A DNA stretch of 18,609 bases from a virus, in the IMG/VR virus record IMGVR_UViG_3300045988_016379. One strand, given 5' to 3'. Position 1 is the first letter of the stretch. The number at the start of each line of letters is the position of its first letter. The notes below the pieces were generated by a model that saw nothing but the letters and a program-made list of their open reading frames with translations, was not told where the DNA came from and did not search any database. Below are positions 13,697 to 18,609 of this stretch, one piece after another. The translations under genes and the position numbers were made by a program.

Positions 13697-15157
13697 TTAT
13701 AACACAAAAGCATGTCCATCGTCGTTGAAATGCTGCGACCCCGGTAGGAACTCATCGTAGGGGATGGGTGCGGCGCGATGCACGCCGCTCAACCGCATCA
13801 CCGTCTCGCCGCCCGCCTCTATGCCACAATATTTGCGATTGCCGAGGATACGCAGCTTGTCGTAATTGTGGTCGTTTTTCCACGCTCCCAGTTTCCTGCC
13901 ATCCGGTTCGATGCCAATGGGCGCATCCAATCCCTCCAATATCATGCCATCGGTGTCGGCGTAAAGCACTCGGTCGGCGTTCGCGTTCATGGCGCGTGAT
14001 AGTATCCGTCTGCCATAGGCGTTGACGTAGGCGGCGGTCGGCAGCCATGCCATACTGTTGGCCGACCCGGGCTTGTCCACGATAAAATCCACACCACCGT
14101 CCGCAGAGGGTTTCGGATGCAGCATGGGGCGGTAGAGTGAGGCCCCGAATTTTCCCGCCAGCGAGTTCAGCAGCAATTTCGCCATTTGCCTGCGTTCTCC
14201 GGTTGCGGTTTGTTTCACGCGAAACCATTTGTCCACGTATGTGTAATATAGCCCGTGTGATTTGCGGAACTTCCATCCGCCGATATGCTCCCACACATGC
14301 ACGTCATAGTTTTCCGTGAGCGTCTCCCAATCCACATCCGTGACGGGCATGGTTACGACGCCTAGCGTGCTATCCAAACGTTCGCCCTCATACCCCCATA
14401 CGGGGAGGATATTGGTTAACGTCGCCGTTCCACCCGGTTTCAACCGCGCGTCGAACGCGATGATATCAATATGCAGCGGATAATCATTATCATGATGATA
14501 TTCGCCGTCATACCACATGGAGGCCCCCACCGGCATGGGGGCGTCGCGCATGATGCTCGGGTAAAGGCTGTTCACATCCCAGCTTCGACAATTCTTGTAT
14601 TCTCCGGGCTTGCTGTACACTATCGCCCCATAGTAGGCCGGCCGCATCCGGTGATAATCCGCCTTATCCAATGGCGGAAAATGACGTTTGAATCCGGCGT
14701 AATCCCCGTCGATATAGTCGGTCATCGCCATGGACGCTATGGTAGTGCCCCTGAGATTCAGGGCCTCGCATTCCCGTGCGATGTTCCACGTGGTTTCCAA
14801 GTCATCCATGCCGCCGAACGTTTCACGTGAAACATTCAGGCCATCGTCTCGAGTAACATTGCGGACATCCAGAAAATCCACGGTGATGCCGCCCATGCGC
14901 ACGCGAAAACTGTAGAAATGGCCACGGATATTGAACGTGCCCCACACGCCGTCCTTGACTGGGTTCGATTGCAATGGCAGTCGTTTCAGCAGCTCGGCGG
15001 CTATGGGCTTGATGTCCTGCCATCCGTGGGCGCACCATACGCGCGTGTGATGTTCGAGCATAGTGAGGCGGATGACGGCGTTCACCGTCAATGGTTCCAC
15101 ACCGTCATCCGTGCATAGCATTGCGCCGTCTGTTGCCGCCATTCGACGCTCTCGCAT
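13697..15157 (-). CDS. Family B DNA polymerase, protein-primed type (phi29 gp2-like), compact, exonuclease motifs apparently degenerate
   Basis: Motif A WDVNSLYPSIM, YPLHI (start of the TPR1 region), motif B KLLLNSLAGKFG, motif C LYADTDGM, and a KxY-like NRKY. The likely start is ATG 15157 (SD AAAAGGA 7 nt upstream, just after the upstream TAA). The track start 15199 overlaps the upstream gene. Confidence 0.92.
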   Translation of the reverse strand: MRERRMAATDGAMLCTDDGVEPLTVNAVIRLTMLEHHTRVWCAHGWQDIKPIAAELLKRLPLQSNPVKDGVWGTFNIRGHFYSFRVRMGGITVDFLDVRNVTRDDGLNVSRETFGGMDDLETTWNIARECEALNLRGTTIASMAMTDYIDGDYAGFKRHFPPLDKADYHRMRPAYYGAIVYSKPGEYKNCRSWDVNSLYPSIMRDAPMPVGASMWYDGEYHHDNDYPLHIDIIAFDARLKPGGTATLTNILPVWGYEGERLDSTLGVVTMPVTDVDWETLTENYDVHVWEHIGGWKFRKSHGLYYTYVDKWFRVKQTATGERRQMAKLLLNSLAGKFGASLYRPMLHPKPSADGGVDFIVDKPGSANSMAWLPTAAYVNAYGRRILSRAMNANADRVLYADTDGMILEGLDAPIGIEPDGRKLGAWKNDHNYDKLRILGNRKYCGIEAGGETVMRLSGVHRAAPIPYDEFLPGSQHFNDDGHAFVL

Positions 15158-15171
15158 GATTCCATCCTTTT

Positions 15172-16116
15172 TTAGTGTCGTGCCGCGTTGGTCATCCATT
15201 CATCAAGTCGTGTCTCTACATCTCCTGCATCCGCTTTTGTCTCCCATTTATGCGTTTTATCATTATACCATGCGGCCTCCCGTACCACGGCGCTAAAGTT
15301 CGTGTTGTTTATCAGCCATCGTTTTTGACGGTTCAACAAAGCGTAGAATTTTTGGGAGATGCTGGAGTCGAATGCCTCTAATTGCTGTTCGACTCTATCA
15401 AAATCCGCAACCCCCTCGTTCTTTGGAATCTGTCTAGTTCCCGCATGTAGCGGAGCTCGCCCCGTAAGCCCGGCGTACTCGAGTATCTCCCGCTCAAGTT
15501 TTTTACGCCCCCCTTCTCGTATCATCATGCGCGCGTGGCTTATGCCACGCTCTGTACCAAACACGTTCGCACGGTTGCGTGTGAGTTCGTCACGCGCCGA
15601 ACCGCCGACCGTATGAGTACCCAACACGTCGAACGGTGACTCTCCCGCGCGTTCCATTTCACGTATTTCGGCCACGGTGTAGCGGGCCATGCTCAATGCC
15701 TCGAATTGTTGGTCGCGTTTGATTTTCCGCCGCGCTTCGATACGGCGGCGCTGCTGTTGCCTCAATGTTTTCCGACGTTTTGACGGGGCGGCGCTGATTT
15801 CTGCATCGGTTATCAACGGTCGCGCCGCCAGCTCCCTATCGAGTTTCGTGACATGCACGTCGGGGACAACCTGATACGGCTCGTTATCCCGTGACCTTAA
15901 AGCCTGCTGCCGTTCCCCAAACTCCTGCCCGATGCGGCGTGCGACCTGCTCGAGTTGTTGAGCGCTGAGCTTCCCCAAAAACGTTTCGGTGATTTGCTTG
16001 GGGAGGTGTCCGGTGCTATAGTCTCTGACCGCCTGCTCTCGGCGTACCTGTGCCGACCTGGTGGCGGCATTACGTTTCAGGCTGCTAGCGCGTCGATTGT
16101 TTTTACGTTTTGCCAC
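15172..16116 (-). CDS. Candidate terminal protein (phi29 gp3 analog)
   Basis: The call rests on position: it is immediately upstream of the protein-primed polymerase, as in phi29. It is Arg/Lys-rich, especially at the N-terminus (AKRKNNRRASSLKRNAATR). GTG 16116 is preferred because of the strong SD AAGGAGAG 5-7 nt upstream. The track start 16194 would translate through a terminator hairpin. I recognised no sequence similarity to phi29 TP by eye. Confidence 0.5.
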   Translation of the reverse strand: MAKRKNNRRASSLKRNAATRSAQVRREQAVRDYSTGHLPKQITETFLGKLSAQQLEQVARRIGQEFGERQQALRSRDNEPYQVVPDVHVTKLDRELAARPLITDAEISAAPSKRRKTLRQQQRRRIEARRKIKRDQQFEALSMARYTVAEIREMERAGESPFDVLGTHTVGGSARDELTRNRANVFGTERGISHARMMIREGGRKKLEREILEYAGLTGRAPLHAGTRQIPKNEGVADFDRVEQQLEAFDSSISQKFYALLNRQKRWLINNTNFSAVVREAAWYNDKTHKWETKADAGDVETRLDEWMTNAARH

Positions 16117-16132
16117 AGCCTCTCTCCTTGTG

Positions 16133-16178
16133 AGTATGAAAACACCCCTCGCAGCAAGGATGGAAGCAGCAAGGGGTG
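16133..16178 (-). terminator. Intrinsic terminator-like hairpin upstream of candidate TP gene
   Basis: On the - strand: CACCCCUUGCUGC / GCUGCGAGGGGUG (13 positions with one U-U mismatch and one G-U pair), a 10-nt loop, then UUUUCAUACU, ending about 8 nt before the SD of the TP gene. Confidence 0.55.
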
Positions 16179-16240
16179 AATTTGGCGGCAACATCCCTAT
16201 AGGGACATTACCATGCTATCATATGGTGTGGACAAATAGT

Positions 16241-16678
16241 CTATTTGCGGCCTTTTTCCGACACCAATTCGAGGTCAAAGAATTTATAGCCACGGCGACT
16301 CTTCTTTTCCACCACCTTGAGAACGACAGGCGCGGCCCACTTATCCGGCGTACCAAAAATGGCGAAGAGATTACCGAAAGCGTGCGCCAGCGTGGGAGAG
16401 GCGGCGGCAAAGTCGCCCTCTTCTGCGTGGATAACGACTCGAGTGGATGAATTGATTTCACCAGTCTCCTGATTGGCGACCTCGATGGCCTGCGCCAGCA
16501 CGTTAGTGACATGCAACGGCTCATTAAGGTGGTCATCTACCTTATCGGAGGTTTGCATGGCGTTGTACAACGCCATCTTGCCGTCCATAGTAGTGGTGTC
16601 GAAGAAATGGGACACGGCGTTAGTGCCGTTCGCGGAAAAGTTATTGCCGTTCTTTACGGTCAGTTCGTTGTCAGCCAT
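16241..16678 (-). CDS. Early protein (145 aa), possible ssDNA-binding protein by position
   Basis: Good SD (AAGGAAGG 8 nt upstream). It sits just upstream of the TP-polymerase pair, where phi29 encodes gp5/gp6. The functional call rests on position only. Confidence 0.3.
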   Translation of the reverse strand: MADNELTVKNGNNFSANGTNAVSHFFDTTTMDGKMALYNAMQTSDKVDDHLNEPLHVTNVLAQAIEVANQETGEINSSTRVVIHAEEGDFAAASPTLAHAFGNLFAIFGTPDKWAAPVVLKVVEKKSRRGYKFFDLELVSEKGRK

Positions 16679-16709
16679 TGGTGTTGCCTTCCTTATAGTT
16701 GGTTGTTAA

Positions 16710-17027
16710 TTATTTTTCCTCGGAGATGATATCATCTTCGACCACGTTGCCGCCAACCGGCCCCGCATAATCAATAATGGTATCATCACCAAATTCGCAA
16801 TTAGCCCAATAGATTGCCTCATCCATGCGCGTTGCCTGCTGATGATATTCAGCGGACATAGGTAGCATGTCCTTGTTAATCTTACGGGCTTTCTTCATAG
16901 CCATGTCAGCCGTGCGGCACGCGCCATCCACGACCACCTCGGTGTCAACAAGTTCTCCGTTTTCGCTGCGCGTAACGCCACGCACTATACTATAATGCTT
17001 GGCTCGCTTAATGTATGCCATAATCAT
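16710..17027 (-). CDS. Hypothetical early protein (105 aa)
   Basis: ORF co-oriented with and tightly packed in the early block. AAGGCGG lies upstream. No recognisable motif. Confidence 0.6.
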   Translation of the reverse strand: MIMAYIKRAKHYSIVRGVTRSENGELVDTEVVVDGACRTADMAMKKARKINKDMLPMSAEYHQQATRMDEAIYWANCEFGDDTIIDYAGPVGGNVVEDDIISEEK

Positions 17028-17044
17028 ACCGCCTTATCTTAATG

Positions 17045-17548
17045 TTACCGTTGCTGCGACATTCTCGCAATGTCTTCATCAGTATACCGTACGTCGGTCA
17101 GATTGTCAAAACAAAGAGACGCGGCTTTGATGACAGTCTGAGCGAACTCATCACCCTCCCACGTCTTGCACATCTCATAGCAAGTCGCACCCTTGACATG
17201 ACAGACCGCACACCACGCCACCATCGCCGGACAGTAAATAAGCATGGACAGCATTTCGATGTCCTGCGTTCGTGATAATGCAGCGTACTTTGATGAGCGG
17301 GGCGTGATGCTTAGACAAATGTTCGCCGCGTGTTCGATACTGTCGGCAAACGCCACCTGGCCGCCTTGAGGTTTATAAAAATCCTTGAGTAGTGCTATAC
17401 TACGGCACAATGTCTCCCAATCTCCACCTCCTTTATTATATTCACGCAAATGCAGGTTACGCCGACGGCCCCGAATGACACGACGCACACGGTCATCGTC
17501 CAAGATACCGTCATCAAACCAATTCGTACGATTATCATTACCCTTCAT
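17045..17548 (-). CDS. Hypothetical early protein (167 aa), Cys-rich C-terminal half
   Basis: ATG 17548 is preferred (SD GAAAGGA 9 nt upstream). It contains CPAMVAWCAVCHVKGATCYEMC, a possible metal-binding cluster. Function unknown. Confidence 0.6.
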   Translation of the reverse strand: MKGNDNRTNWFDDGILDDDRVRRVIRGRRRNLHLREYNKGGGDWETLCRSIALLKDFYKPQGGQVAFADSIEHAANICLSITPRSSKYAALSRTQDIEMLSMLIYCPAMVAWCAVCHVKGATCYEMCKTWEGDEFAQTVIKAASLCFDNLTDVRYTDEDIARMSQQR

Positions 17549-17589
17549 TTTTCGACATCCTTTCACCAAACACTTTACACCACATATCA

Positions 17590-17841
17590 CTAACACCTAT
17601 CAATCAACGGAGTATCAGCCAACGCCATCGCGTCAACCAGCATATGAGCCACCTGCGCATAATCGCACGCATCAAACACCATAGTCGACCAATCCAAATG
17701 ACGACTGCCACGAGAATAAAATCGCACCGATACCGCATAACGCAACTCATACACCCTCCGGTGAGGACAATACACCAACCGCACATCACCATCCTTAAAC
17801 GAAGACGGAAAAACAGCAACAACCTTATCATTCACCATCAT
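17590..17841 (-). CDS. Hypothetical early protein (83 aa)
   Basis: ATGATG at 17841/17838 is preceded by SD GAGAGGA 6 nt upstream and overlaps the end of the upstream gene by 14 nt. The extra N-terminal residues in the track ORF are Cys/Arg/Leu-rich and unlikely to be real. Confidence 0.55.
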   Translation of the reverse strand: MMVNDKVVAVFPSSFKDGDVRLVYCPHRRVYELRYAVSVRFYSRGSRHLDWSTMVFDACDYAQVAHMLVDAMALADTPLIDRC

Positions 17842-18103
17842 CAAACATCCTCTCAAACGGCAAACGCACCTCAACAACACCATTCAAAACCCCGTTTGAA
17901 TCAAACGAAGAGTGGGCAAAACCAACATACACATCAAGACCGGAAAACGCACGACGGACAACGTCAAGCACACCATCCAACGCCTCCTTAAACGTACCAG
18001 CCGGATACGGGCCCATTACCTCCACATGCTCAGGCGTGAGCTCAAATACCGTAAAATCATCAGGCGTAACAGTAAAACACCACACGTCAAACCCCTTTCC
18101 CAT
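17828..18103 (-). CDS. Hypothetical acidic early protein (91 aa); start codon lies inside ITR-R
   Basis: ATG at 18103 overlaps the TGA of the ITR gene (TGATG). The first ~3.3 codons (ATGGGAAAGG) are ITR sequence. Composition is acidic. Confidence 0.65.
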   Translation of the reverse strand: MGKGFDVWCFTVTPDDFTVFELTPEHVEVMGPYPAGTFKEALDGVLDVVRRAFSGLDVYVGFAHSSFDSNGVLNGVVEVRLPFERMFDDGE

Positions 18104-18390
18104 CAAAAATCAACCAACTCATCACGGTCAAGCACAGTCACATCAACACACTGACACGGCTGAAGCCCATACTCCGCAAAATCACCAACACCATCAATCA
18201 TATCACAAGCATACTCAACACAATAATCAACATCCTGCACCCAATAAGCCCCATCCGAGCCATCAACGGGCTCCAAAGCACCAACCTCAAAGAAATCATT
18301 AGACCAATCAGGACCATAGCCCAAACTATCACGGTCCCACTCCCTGAGAGTAATCTCAACGACCTTAGTGTTATCAATCAAAATAATCAT
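18103..18390 (-). CDS. Hypothetical very acidic early protein (95 aa), ITR-encoded copy 2
   Basis: The translation is identical to 220-507. It lies wholly inside ITR-R with the same promoter and SD. Confidence 0.8.
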   Translation of the reverse strand: MIILIDNTKVVEITLREWDRDSLGYGPDWSNDFFEVGALEPVDGSDGAYWVQDVDYCVEYACDMIDGVGDFAEYGLQPCQCVDVTVLDRDELVDF

Positions 18391-18425
18391 TTTTTTATTT
18401 TCCCTTCCTTGAAGTTGATACTTAT

Positions 18426-18454
18426 ATCATACCACACACACCACCAAACAACAA
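18426..18454 (-). promoter_or_regulatory. Candidate early promoter inside ITR-R (mirror of 156-184)
   Basis: This is the reverse-complement copy of TTGTTG-17 nt-TGgTATGAT. It points inward into the long - strand gene array. Confidence 0.55.
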
Positions 18455-18609
18455 GCCCAAAACACCCTCAAAAAAAAAACGGCAAAACAAAGAAAAAAAA
18501 TAAACACACAGGAGACGGAAACAAAAACACAGGAAGCAACATGAATACAAAACACAGAACAGAGCGGTTGTGGAAAAAGGCTAGCTGCTGGGGCCCCTCC
18601 CCTCCTTTT

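Larger units (their letters stand above)
18094..18609. repeat. Right inverted terminal repeat (ITR-R), 516 bp
   Basis: It is the reverse complement of 1-516. The window ends exactly at ...CCCCTCCCCTCCTTTT. Confidence 0.97.

Noticed and set aside
15158-15199. Longer polymerase start at 15199, and likewise the TP start at 16194 and the ATPase start at 3289.
   Set aside because: These starts overlap the upstream genes or run through terminator hairpins, and they lack SDs. Downstream starts have canonical SD spacing (15157, 16116). The true starts remain unverified.
1-18609. Search for tRNA genes, CRISPR arrays, integrase or transposase genes, reverse transcriptase or DGR, and toxin-antitoxin pairs.
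   Set aside because: I saw no cloverleaf-like sequences, no regularly spaced direct repeats, and no ORFs with the corresponding catalytic motifs. The genome is fully accounted for by the phage modules listed above.

Overview
The 18,609-bp window looks like a complete linear dsDNA genome of a small phi29-like podophage that replicates by protein priming, probably on a Gram-positive host (AAGGAG-type ribosome-binding sites, holin_4_1-type holin). I could not run a database search, so no named phage is claimed. It is bounded by a 516-bp inverted terminal repeat (1-516 / 18094-18609, identical by eye). Each copy carries an extended -10 promoter and a complete, very acidic 95-aa gene. Only two genes (220-507, 526-771) are on the + strand, and they end at a bidirectional terminator (785-820). 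All other genes are on the - strand and read from the right ITR inward. First come five small, mostly acidic early genes, a possible SSB, a candidate terminal protein and a family-B protein-primed DNA polymerase. Next are scaffold, major capsid (C-terminal Big_2 domain), tail knob (gp9-like), connector (gp10-like), lower collar (gp11-like), a 211-aa tail protein and two fibres sharing an N-terminal anchor, one of them an SGNH esterase. Last are a lysozyme + NlpC/P60 virion lysin (gp13-like), the gp16-like packaging ATPase, holin and amidase endolysin. I found no tRNA, CRISPR array, integrase or repressor. The points most worth a second look are: (1) a compact polymerase whose exonuclease catalytic residues appear substituted; (2) two strongly structured non-coding regions, 13507-13696 and 11110-11410, that are candidate ncRNA or antitermination elements in a genome with no recognisable prohead RNA (pRNA); (3) an orphan Big_2 domain remnant at the phi29 head-fibre position; (4) the duplicated acidic gene inside the ITR; (5) strong hairpins directly upstream of several start codons in a single co-directional gene array.
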